Below, piece after piece: positions 11,782-22,541 of a DNA stretch of 64,000 nucleotides. The position numbers and the translations under genes are program-made. The DNA comes from Rozella allomycis CSF55 (lineage: Eukaryota), in assembly GCA_000442015.1 (NCBI GenBank), contig KE561265.1:124001-188000 (forward strand), written 5' to 3'. Below the pieces are notes generated by a model. It had not been told where the DNA came from and made no database searches. It saw only the letters and a program-made list of their open reading frames with translations. Every line of letters starts with the position of its first letter. The stretch's first letter is position 1.

Positions 11782-12903
11782 ATGCGCCTTCCAGTTTTAG
11801 CGCCTGGCGAGATTCCTGCCCCTGAGAAGTATATTCCAAGAAAAGGGGTAGAATCTAGAGTTCCTATGAACCATACTGCATTCAGAATCGCTGAAAGACG
11901 TTATAAAGGAAGAAAGACGCCAATAGATTTTTCTCAAGTTATAGATCCGAGAAAAGGACATGAGCTTCTTGAAAAAATGGAATATAAAGTATCCAAAGAA
12001 TATAAATGGAAAGATTTTGGAAACCGAGCTTTTGGCGCGTGGAGTGTTAAAGGGATGCCAGGTTTTATAGTAATTCCAGAAGCACTAAACGAGCAGGAAC
12101 AAAAAGAACTTGCAAAAAAATGTTATACTTCTTATATAGAGCCTCCAAATTTGAATAGTTTAGATAGAATTTTCAGTATTCCATCAAAAGGCCTTTGGAA
12201 ATCCATGGTAGAAAACACTCCAATTTATGAATATGAAAAATCAGAAAATGAATCATCAGGTTATGACACTGACGTTCCTTATGCGACACAGTATAAAAAT
12301 GACAAAAGGAAAAAGAAAGAAACACCCGTTGTAGATGTCGAAAATGCTATTAGAAGACTTCGTTGGATTATTCTTGGATATCCATATAATTGGTACACTA
12401 AAGAATATGATTTTAATTCCACATTTAAAGCTGTGCCTTTGGAGCTGAATTTAATTTGCAAGACTCTTTCTGAAATGCTAGGATTTGGGCCATATGAAGC
12501 AGAGGCTGGAATTGTAAATTTTTATCAAGAAAAAGACACTTTGATGGGTCATGTTGATAGATCTGAAAAGAATATGAATGCGCCTCTATTCTCCATAAGG
12601 TAATTCCATTATTTTCTTTTACAAAGTTTGGGACAGTCAGCCATTTTTCTCATAGGAGGAAAAACTAGAGAAGATCCTGTAATTCCAATTCTGCTTCGTT
12701 CTGGTGATATCGCTATTCTCTCAGGTGAAAGTCGATGGTTTTATCATGGCGTACCAAGAATTATAGAAAACTCATTGCCAGAGTATTTTATGGACTGCTG
12801 TGACTGTGGAAATGAAGAAAACCATTCTTTCGACTGTTGGAAATTAGTTAGTCACTATCTCAAGGGTACAAGATTAAATATTAATATTCGTCAAGTTAAT
12901 TAA
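11782..12903 (+). CDS. ALKBH1: AlkB homolog 1-type 2OG-Fe(II) dioxygenase
   Basis: LRWIILGYPYNW, EAGIVNFYQEKDTLMGHVDRSE, SRWFYHGVPRI, RLNINIRQV. Confidence 0.92.
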
Positions 12904-12926
12904 ATCGAGCGCAGAATGTTTTATTA

Positions 12927-14192
12927 CTAAACTAATTCAGTATTTTGTTTAGACTTTTTTTGTAACATTAAATCTTCTTCCATCATTTTCTTTAACACGT
13001 TCTTTTCTTTTTTCAGAGTCATTGATGCTACATCAACTTTCCTTTGCCAACTCTTCATTTTATGAGCTAAATCATTAGCAAGTGCTTTTTCTACAACATA
13101 TTCCAACACCTAATTTTATACATTTCATAAGTTAACCTCTGGAACTTTAAAGTCTTCCATCTGTTGCTTTAAGTGTTTATTTAATTTGCTGGCTTGATCT
13201 CGCGCATCCATGACTTGATTTGTTTCAATCTCAAGTTTTTGAATTAAATCCGTTCTTTGGGAAATATCATTTTGAATCGATGAGTTTTTATCCATTAATC
13301 GCGAAAGCTCTTTCTATCAATGTTATACAATTATCGTCCCTACTTTGTATTTTGCCAAAATCTGTGCAATGTTTCCTGCTTGCATTTTCAATTTTAATAG
13401 TTCATTATTTCTTTCTTCTATTTTCGACAGATACTGTTGATTCTCTATTTTTAATTGATCAAAATCAATGGCATGTAAAACTTCACCCATTTCCTCCTTT
13501 TGTCGAAGTTGGGTTTGTAATTTTTGTTTTTGAACTTTCAAAGTAGAATTCTTCAGCCTTGTCTTTTCAATGAATGTTTCCTGTTTTAAGGCATTAACTA
13601 AACCAATACTTTTATTTTTAGCTGGTCTTCAATGTATTTTACAACTCTTTCGGCGATTAATTTACCTGTTCTTGCATTTCTCATTTGAAGGACTTCTTTT
13701 TTGAATTCAATTGTTGTCTTTTTTAATTCAGTGTTTCTTCCATCTATTTCTTCAATTTCCGCCTAATTCAGAATCCTACCGAAAATATACCTTGTATCCA
13801 TCAATAATCCTTTCCCATTTTTCAATTTCTTTATCAATTTCATCTTTCAATTCTTCAACTTCCCTAATGGATACCTCTGCTTTTTGCTCAGGTGTCAATG
13901 TTATTGTTGATTCTGATTCCTTTGTCTTCTCATTTTTCTTCTTTTTTGATCTTTCGTTTTTTTGATTTCCCCCATCTTTTTGAGCAGTGTCTGATTTTGT
14001 TGTTTCATTGTTTTCTCCATCATGCTTTGATGTCGATAAATTCACTCGGGCAAGATGTGATTCAAATAAATCATTCTCGGTTTCTAAAAGTATCACTTTC
14101 TTCTCATAGTCGTTATAAAGCTTCAATAATTCTTCATCTGACAGGTTCTCTAGAAATAAGGTGTCTGTTATGGCGATTTCGGTGTCTGTCAT
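12927..14192 (-). CDS. CCDC113: Ciliary coiled-coil protein CCDC113/CFAP263 (DUF4201)
   Basis: QKEEMGEVLHAIDFDQLKIENQQYLSKIEERNNELLKLK; LETENDLFESHLAR; multi-exon. Confidence 0.85.
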
Positions 14193-14316
14193 TAATTCGT
14201 TGCCATGTTCCAAAACAATTAAAAAACTAGGTGAATTCAAAAGATTAATCTTAACGAAATAAAAATACCCTCAAAGGTTACGTTTATTTTTCTGAAATCG
14301 TACATTTTACAAGGGT

Positions 14317-15199
14317 ATGTTCCTTTGGAGGTGTTTACAGTTAATCTTATTACCAATCTCTTTGGCAGAAGTGTTGCAGTATAGAGTTAGTCCCTCAACT
14401 GATCTTGTCAAGGTTTTACCTTCATTAACTCTTGGAAATCCATTATCAGAGCCTAAAATAACTGTTTACTATCTTATTCATGATGATGCTGCACAAGCAG
14501 ATTTTTTACCGACTCCAATGTATGAATGGCCCGGAAAAGCAAAGACAGTAGCGGTTATGAATCACTTTCTAGAGGAAAATACATTTAGGGGAAAATACGC
14601 TCAAAATATATACAAGGTAAGGCTTATTTGAGGGAAACATAGAAAAATACCAATGAAAAAATCAAAGAAATTGAATATCATGTTAATAATGCAAATTTAG
14701 CTAATGAACCATTGATTGTGATGGGCGTTTTTGATGAGCTAAAAGTAATGCAAATAATAATATTCAATAGAATAAAAAGGGTGTTCCAGAGTATTCCAGC
14801 ATGAAAACAGAGTTGTATGACCAACTAAATAAGGCTCAACAAGAGATTGATGCTCGTCATGTGTTTTTATTTGTTTCTTCAACTACTTTTCCATCCTTGA
14901 ATCAGTTTTATTGCTTTCCAAGTTTAAATTCATGCAATAGCGAAACCAGTTCATGCAGTGGTCATGGAACATGCATGTTACAACAATTCACAGCTCCATG
15001 TTATCGCTGCACTTGTCAATCTGGGCGTCGAGGAGATGCTTGCGAATCTACTGACTATATTTCATCTTTTCATATCGTGTTTTGGACTGTGGTTGTTTTT
15101 ATTCTTCTTGTAGCAGTTGTTGTGAATACAATGTTGAAGATTGATCTTGGAAAAGATATGTGGATGTACTCTGCTCCATCGAACAGAAAAAAAGATTAA
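14317..15199 (+). CDS. Signal peptide + DUF3844 (Vps3844-like) EGF-like domain + single TM protein
   Basis: CFPSLNSCNSETSSCSGHGTC...CYRCTC..GDACESTDYISSFHIVFW followed by a hydrophobic helix; two short introns. Confidence 0.72.
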
Positions 15200-15220
15200 A
15201 AATAAATTTGAATACAGAAT

Positions 15221-17152
15221 TTATTTTTGAATGTTTTTATAACCAAGCAATTGATTCAATTCATTCAGCGATTCTGGAGCAGGAATAGTAATTTCATCAT
15301 CTTCTATTGGCATTTTTGCTGAAATAATTGATGGCTCTTTTGTTTTTAAGTATGCCTCCCTTTGAATTGAATGTAAATCTTTGTTTGTAACTGGAAGAAA
15401 GTTATTCAACAACTTGATCTGCTGGGATTTTTCTTTTAACAAGAATAAAATATATTTGCTGCTATCTATGTTCTTGTTATCTTTAAAGAAAGCAATCCAT
15501 TCAAGCGCATTTATACTAGACGCTCTAATAGCTTTCTTTATCAACTCATCGTTGGGATGAAGTTTACAAATTGTAAAAACTAGATCATTATTCTCACTAA
15601 ACCATTCAATGGTATTTAGAATCTCATTAAATGGCAATTGAAGAATAAGTTCCTTAAATTTCTCAAAGTGGATTTGCTGATTCATTAAATAGGATAACAC
15701 CTTAAAGTTTTTATTAGAGAGTGAAAAATTAAATATTTCTTCAAAGCTTTCAGAATCCAGTTCATTGCTATTTATGATTGAAATGGCAACAGGAGACGAA
15801 ACCATGATTGCTGTTTTTAGTAAACATAATGAATATTTTTGTTTATTTGGATTAATTGAAACAAGGCATTCTAAAAAACAAAGAGATTCAAAATCATTCA
15901 AACTATCATCAACGGGAAATTCAATTTTCAACGAGGAAACGATTTTTGCTGTTTCTTTTGGATCCAACGATATAAATTGCTTTAAATTGGAATTTATTGT
16001 TTCAATTATCTCCTTTTCCGGGTAAATCATAAGAAAGTCAAAGATTTGTCTATCTTTCAGTTCAAAGCAAGATAAAAGCGCATCCTTTAGATTGTTTAGC
16101 TTGAATGCTAAGAATTTGACCAATTTCATGTGTCGGTGAGATTTAAAATAATTCAGCCATTGAATATCATCTTCTTCTGTGAAAGAAAGTCTAATAAACA
16201 ATTTGTATGCGTGGCGTTGAAATCCTTCTTCAACAAACAATTTTACTAATTCTTTTTCTTTATCCTTTGTAAATTTACACTTTTCATAAATAAGAGAATA
16301 ATATTCTGCTCTTTTATTAGGTTTCATTAACTCAATGATTCGTATCAACATCTCCATCAACTCATCCTCTCCACTTAGCAAATCAACAGTCTTATTTGAA
16401 TTATGTTCAGCCAGTTTATTTATCAACTCATCATTACCAAGCATCAAAGTCTTGAATGGGATTGTTGAACGACAACAACTCAATTGAAATGGGTAAAGCA
16501 ATGAATGTTTAACACAATAAAGAAAATCAAATGATTTTTCAATTACAAACTCCTCCTCAATCAAATTTGAATATAAAAACTTCAAGGCTTCATTTAACAG
16601 GTCCAATTTTTGGCAAATCATTAAATGGCAATCATAAATTTTACGTTCAAGTGTCCATGAATACAAACGGTCCACATTTAAGTTGTCAAACTCGCATTCT
16701 AAAATTATTTTTTCTATCTTTTGGGCATTATTTTCACAATAATCTATCAGAATATCCAACAGCAAGGGTGACGATCGCCTGATTAAAACACTATTCTCTA
16801 AAATCAAAGAAAGCAATGAATTCTTTTGTTCAGAGTCAATTAAATCATAGAGTGTATTAAAGACTTCATAATTGTCCATTTCTATCGACAACCTTAAAAT
16901 CAATCTCACCAAAACTTCATAGTCATCGCACTGAAGATCAAAAAATTCCTTTAGATCCAACAAATGTTCGTTATCATTATTTTTTTGTGATTTCAGTGTT
17001 AGAATCAAACAATCATTCAAAAGTTCAACCAGTTCCTCTTCCGAAGTCTGTAAAATCTCTTGACGATTCTGATCATGGTATATATCATATAATTCTCGTA
17101 TTCTCTGGACAATATCAATGTTTTTTAATGTCTTCTGCAACGCTTTTGACAT
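15221..17152 (-). CDS. Divergent Vps8-like (CORVET) alpha-solenoid protein
   Basis: SSPLLLDILIDYCENNAQKIEKIILECEFDNLNVDRLYSWTLERKIYD resembles the Vps8 central domain; first in-frame ATG at 17152. Confidence 0.55.
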   Translation of the reverse strand: MSKALQKTLKNIDIVQRIRELYDIYHDQNRQEILQTSEEELVELLNDCLILTLKSQKNNDNEHLLDLKEFFDLQCDDYEVLVRLILRLSIEMDNYEVFNTLYDLIDSEQKNSLLSLILENSVLIRRSSPLLLDILIDYCENNAQKIEKIILECEFDNLNVDRLYSWTLERKIYDCHLMICQKLDLLNEALKFLYSNLIEEEFVIEKSFDFLYCVKHSLLYPFQLSCCRSTIPFKTLMLGNDELINKLAEHNSNKTVDLLSGEDELMEMLIRIIELMKPNKRAEYYSLIYEKCKFTKDKEKELVKLFVEEGFQRHAYKLFIRLSFTEEDDIQWLNYFKSHRHMKLVKFLAFKLNNLKDALLSCFELKDRQIFDFLMIYPEKEIIETINSNLKQFISLDPKETAKIVSSLKIEFPVDDSLNDFESLCFLECLVSINPNKQKYSLCLLKTAIMVSSPVAISIINSNELDSESFEEIFNFSLSNKNFKVLSYLMNQQIHFEKFKELILQLPFNEILNTIEWFSENNDLVFTICKLHPNDELIKKAIRASSINALEWIAFFKDNKNIDSSKYILFLLKEKSQQIKLLNNFLPVTNKDLHSIQREAYLKTKEPSIISAKMPIEDDEITIPAPESLNELNQLLGYKNIQK

Positions 17153-17182
17153 AAATTGGTTAGAAATTTCGTAAATTGATTC

Positions 17183-17643
17183 ATGAGTCAAGTGACCAAA
17201 GAAATACCTTATCCCCCAGAACGCCTTTTATGCTATTCAGGCGCCATTGCTCGTAAAGTTTAAACTTTAACAGCAATAGACTTTGTTTACGCTTTTCATG
17301 GAAGAGCCCTTTTGTCAGTTCCATTTTCATTGGCGGGCATTGCTTTAGGAAGCGCATATTTCTACGCAGGGTAAATTTATTCATTGATTTATACAAATAG
17401 GTGGAAATTAAGTGAATACGAATATTCCCTTGGACACAAGTTGGCTATGGGTAAATGACGATTCATTTCTTAAAAGGAACAAGCGTTGTAAGTACATGCC
17501 TCATGGTACCATACGCCATCAAGAAAATGCATCCGTCTCCCTGGATGATGGGAATGATGTCACCACTTATTGGCGCCCTTGTTTTATGGGAATCTTCGCG
17601 GCCAAGATATGAAGTTCTAAGAGTCTTAAATCTGATTAAATAA
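17183..17643 (+). CDS. Small TMEM14-like membrane protein, 4 exons
   Basis: Three GT-AG introns (27, 30, 26 nt) give an open frame ...SVPFSLAGIALGSAYFYAGWKLSEYEYSLGHKLAMGTSVV...; three hydrophobic segments. Confidence 0.72.
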
Positions 17644-17695
17644 ATCAATTCAATCAGAAACAATTATCATTAAAATTGAATTTTCCAATTTTGGA

Positions 17696-19410
17696 ATGAA
17701 AAGCTTTATTTCTACACCAATCTTCTACGTTAATGCTGGTATTATAAACATACTTGACCAAAGTAGAACCTCACATTGGCCATGCATATTCTTTGATTCT
17801 TGCCGACACTATCACAAGAGTTAGAAATTTATGCGGTGCAGAAAAGACTTTATTAGTGACTGGAACAGACGAGCATGGTCAAAAGGTATCCTTACCATGT
17901 GTACAAGTTAGATAATGCAAGCTTCTTTATCTAGAAAAATGACCCCAAAAGAATTGTGTGATCAACAAAGTGGGCATTTCCATAGATTGGCAAATATCGT
18001 AACACACAACAATGTTTTCGACTTTATAAGAACAACAGAACCGAGACATAAAGAGTCTGTTCTTCATTTCTGGGTAACTTACTTTAATCGATCTAAAACT
18101 GAATAAAATGAGAATGAATGGTGATATCTATAAGGGTAGCCACAAAGGCTGGTACTGCACAGAAGACGAAGCATTTTACACAAATGTTAAAGAAGTTACA
18201 ATTGACAACGAGAGAGTTATGGTAAGTGAAGAAACTGGGAGGCGGGTCCATATGATTGAAGAGCCGAATTATCGATTTCGACTTCCTAAATATCTTCCTG
18301 CTATCTTTGACTGGATAAAGTCCAGTCAAGCGCCTTTGGAACCCGCTGTGTATACCTCTGAAATACTTCACACCATAGAATCCCTTGAAAACGAAGATTT
18401 ATCCGTGTCTCGATGCAAGTCCCGAGTTCCATGGGGAATAGAGGTACCAGGGGATCCGGATCAAACTATCTATGTTTGGCTAGATGCTCTAATAAATTAT
18501 TTGACAGTATCAGGATACCCAAATGAAGAAAGGCTCCATTGGCCGCCTACTCATGTCATTGGCAAAGATATCTCAAAGTAAAATATCTTTATGAGTAACA
18601 AAAGATTCCATTGTATCTATTGGCCAGCTTTTTTGTTGTCTGCTGGACTCTCATTACCAAAAAAGATCATTATACATTCCCATTGGACTATGAATGGTCG
18701 GAAAATGTCAAAGAGCGATGGAAACGTTATAAATCCATTTAATGTGATTGACGCTTTTGGAGTTGATGCATTGAGATACTTTTTGCTAAAGGAGGGTTAC
18801 CTTAGAAGGGATTCAGGTAAAATTAAATAACAAAAGATATTGATATCAGTGCGAATAGTATTTCTGCAACTTATAAATCGGATTTAATGTCGTATTACGG
18901 AAACATGTTTTCAAGAATTTTCAAGACTCCATTCGTGGAGGAATTTCCTGCATTAATTGAACCGATAACAGAAAATGATAAAGAACTTTATGAAGAAATT
19001 GAAAGATGGCGTAATTATGTATTTATAGTTGGATCTTTGGATTAGTTTTGGATGCATATAACGAATGCAAGTTTTCCCAAGGTGTTTTAATAATAATGGA
19101 AATGCTTGCTAAAGTAACTTAAATCTTACGTAATTTTTAGGTTAATACTTACTTTACAGACATGAAGCCGTGGGAATTGAAACAAGAAAAAAAGATAAGT
19201 CATCTGAACAGAGTAATGTACATGACTTTTGAGAGTTTCCGTATTATATCACTTTTATTCCAACCATTGATACCAAATGCAGCTTCCAAAGTTTTAGATC
19301 ACATGGGAATATTAGACAGAAAGTTGACACCCGAAAACTTAAGAATTGGGTATGATTATAGAAACTCAAATGTTAAATCCTTGAAAGAGAATTTATTTCC
19401 CAAAAAATAA
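17696..19410 (+). CDS. MARS2: Methionyl-tRNA synthetase, mitochondrial/bacterial type
   Basis: STPIFYVNAEPHIGH, TGTDEHGQK, IYVWLDALINY, IGKDI, KMSKS. Confidence 0.93.
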
Positions 19411-19420
19411 AACAATAACT

Positions 19421-22341
19421 TTACTTTAGCTTTGTAATGCTGCGGATTATTCCAGATGAACTTATTTTCACATTGTTTCTGATGTCCTTAGCCATTGCGC
19501 CATGATCGTAATCAGATTTCAAAGTAATAAATTCGTATAAGAATTTGGACCTCATTTTCAAAAATTCCATGACACCAGGAGGAATACTTTTGTTGTGATA
19601 GGAGCAATTCAAAAATTCGCATGCAGACATGAATGCGATAAACAATGTACTCAGGACTATTAAACATGCTGATATATTAACAATGATTTGGGAACCCTGA
19701 GCATTAGGACCTTGAATGTGTACAATCACTAGACCCAGTAGAATATAGCAAAGACTGTAAAGCGACACAGTAGAGGCGTACGAAGGGAAGTGATAAACAT
19801 AAGGATTTGCATAATGGCATAAGTTTGCAAAAAGATATAATAGAACAACACATGATAACCCAAGGATGATTGGGTCTGACTTCAGTAGGACGGGGAAAAA
19901 TGTTAGCAATAATTTAAAAAGCATTTCTATTGTTGGCCACATCCATGCGTTATGTCTATATTTCGCAGCAATGTTTTGATATCGTGCAACTACTCTGGGA
20001 TTGTCAGCGTGATACTTGAAAGTAAAACAAATGAAAGTAACAAGAATTGGAATTCCAATGACGTAACAAGCTATAGAGGCTATAACTATTGGCAGTTGAG
20101 CATAGTATTCATTAGTGTTACATGTAATTCTCGGGGATGAAAACAAATAGCTACGATCAACTTTTCTTTCAAACAACATTAATATTTACCATCTGCAGAA
20201 CATACGAAATATGATATTGTGGTTTGAGATATAACGATATAGAAAATTGAGCATACTCTAAGAATGGACGATATTGTTTTATCAACCATTTTTTGCACTT
20301 TCAAGTCAGCCTTAGGAAAATAAATTTTAAAGGTAATCAATATTATAGTAAGGACCAAAATAAGAATTAAGGGATACAAGAAAAGACCATGTCTACTAGC
20401 AAATGTGCTCCCCAAAGCAAGGGAACATGGAAATAGGAAATCATAAGTACTAACACTTGAAGTCACAGTTTCTAATACAGTTGACGCTATCAAGTTGCTT
20501 TGAAAGGGATAAGTCGAAAATAGACCAAGTATTTGAATATGACTAAGAAGAATACCAAGACCTTTTCATTGATTCATGAATTAATTACTCTTGTTAGATT
20601 CAACAGAATAATTTAGATATAAAACAAACAAAATTATGGCTACTAATGCAATGAGGTATTCAACAACTTTTGGAAGGAAGCATTTTTGACATTTTTTCCC
20701 AATCAAAGCAAAACCAGTATATGTGTCACATGCATGACATCTTGATCCTTTGTATCCATCGGAACACGTGTTATCCTCTAAACAATCCGACTTTGTGAAA
20801 CATTGATAGAATAAAAGTGGAACATTTTCAGATTCTTTGTAGCCAAAAAGCGGGGTTGGCTTTTCACCTCCTCCTTTGCAAAATGCACCTTGAGGACATA
20901 AAGCACACGCTTCCTTTTCACGAAAAGTTCCCTGGGGACATTCTTTTAGATATGTAAAAGTTGCATAATCTATCCCAATAAATTCATTCGACGCCGAAGC
21001 TATTTTAACAGCAACTGTTTTGCTTGGGTGAGGTGGTACCACTACTTGTATAAGATTATTGTCCATGTAGAGTATATTATTCGTCTTTATGTCATCAAAT
21101 ACTACAAAAATTTCAATTTCAGAAAGAAAATTGTTTCCAGTGATGTTCACGGTGTATCCTCCAATCTGAGATCCGGAATTTGGAGTTATTGAATAAAGAT
21201 TCACTTCTTTACATGAAAACGTAGCAACTGATTTCCAATTCGGTCTTGGACACCAAAATATATTCCCTTGCAAGAACAACTTGTTGTCAGACAACAAGGC
21301 AAAGTTGTTGGGTATATGTCCTATCAATCTATTGTTTTCTAAATTAATCATCCTTAAACTCGCAAGATTATTTAATGCATCTGGAATTATACCTGTCAAA
21401 TTATTATTGGAAAGGTTAATTGTCGCTAAATATGTGTTTCTACCAAACGCTGAAGGGATACTCCCAGTTAAACTAGCATTCTGGGCCAAATATATTGATA
21501 AATATCTTCCTACAACGGATTCATCAGTCATCGCATTATTTATTTTGTTAAAGGAGATATCTAAATACTCAATGTATCTGGGGAGTGGTGGCATGCTACT
21601 ACATGTAAGATTGTTACCTGCAAGAGCCAATTTAGTAACACGAAATGTACTACATTCCACTCCATACCAATTTGCGTTTGTTAAACTAACAGTCATTCCT
21701 AAACATGGATCTAACGAGTTGTTCTTCCACTGCGTGTTTTGAATCCAACTATGGCCATTACACATATCATAAATATTGTTTAGATAGTATTTGTCATCTT
21801 TTAGACATATTGCGCCCTCATACCCCTCTTGACAAATGCATCGATTGTCGACACATCCCAAACCTCTATTCATACAATTTAAATAGCATGTATTTGAAGG
21901 CTTTATTCCATCGACATAATAAAGAATTAAGAATCCATCTCTTTCATAACTTCCATCTGCGATAAATGAAATAATCCATGGTTCATTGGTATTGTTCCCA
22001 ACAAAATAGCTAACTGATCTCGTAACATGCAACACATGATTTAGAATTTGAGTATCTCCTTTGTAAATGTCGACAGAATCCAATTGATCGACTTCAAAAT
22101 CTAGTATTTCAAAGGTTATATTGCTATAACTAGTGCTGGGTTGAATGAACCATAAACAGTTTTGATTTGGTATGTAGCCTCTTGATTGTGTAGAAATCGA
22201 GTTTGAAATAAATCCAAATGAATCTGTTAAATTGTATATTCCCTTGCATTGCGGATTTGGGTTGGTTGCAGCGGTTTGATGTTTTATGATTGAAAAACAC
22301 AAGAACTGTAAAAACAAAAGCATAAATGGTAAACATTTCAT
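19421..22341 (-). CDS. Orphan multi-pass receptor-like protein (~954 aa): SP-CUB-EGF-LRR-IPT/TIG-Cys-rich-~7TM
   Basis: CUB (YIPNQNCLWFI, FIADGSYERDGF), EGF (CVDNRCICQEGYEGAIC), LRRs (LSNNNLTGIIP), IPT (SITPNSGSQIGGYTVNITGNNF), CPQG repeats, TM region; two introns (27, 29 nt) join three ORFs in frame. Confidence 0.8.
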
Positions 22342-22541
22342 GAAATAATGTTTTTAATAATTTAATTTTCATCATGTGAATTTCTTAGCTTATGTTGTGT
22401 CATCCTGATTCAAATTAGGCTTGTCTTAATGAACAAGTTACAAACAGCCAAGTGAAATCTTTATACTCCATTTCAATATTTATCAAAATTCAAGGATACT
22501 AGGGAGTCGGGAACCATTCAAGTTGGCAGTAAAGTTTCTGA

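Noticed and set aside
17181-17663. Minus-strand ORFs as upstream exons of the Vps8-like gene
   Set aside because: The plus strand holds a coherent 4-exon TMEM14-like gene with canonical mini-introns; I found no workable minus-strand splice path.
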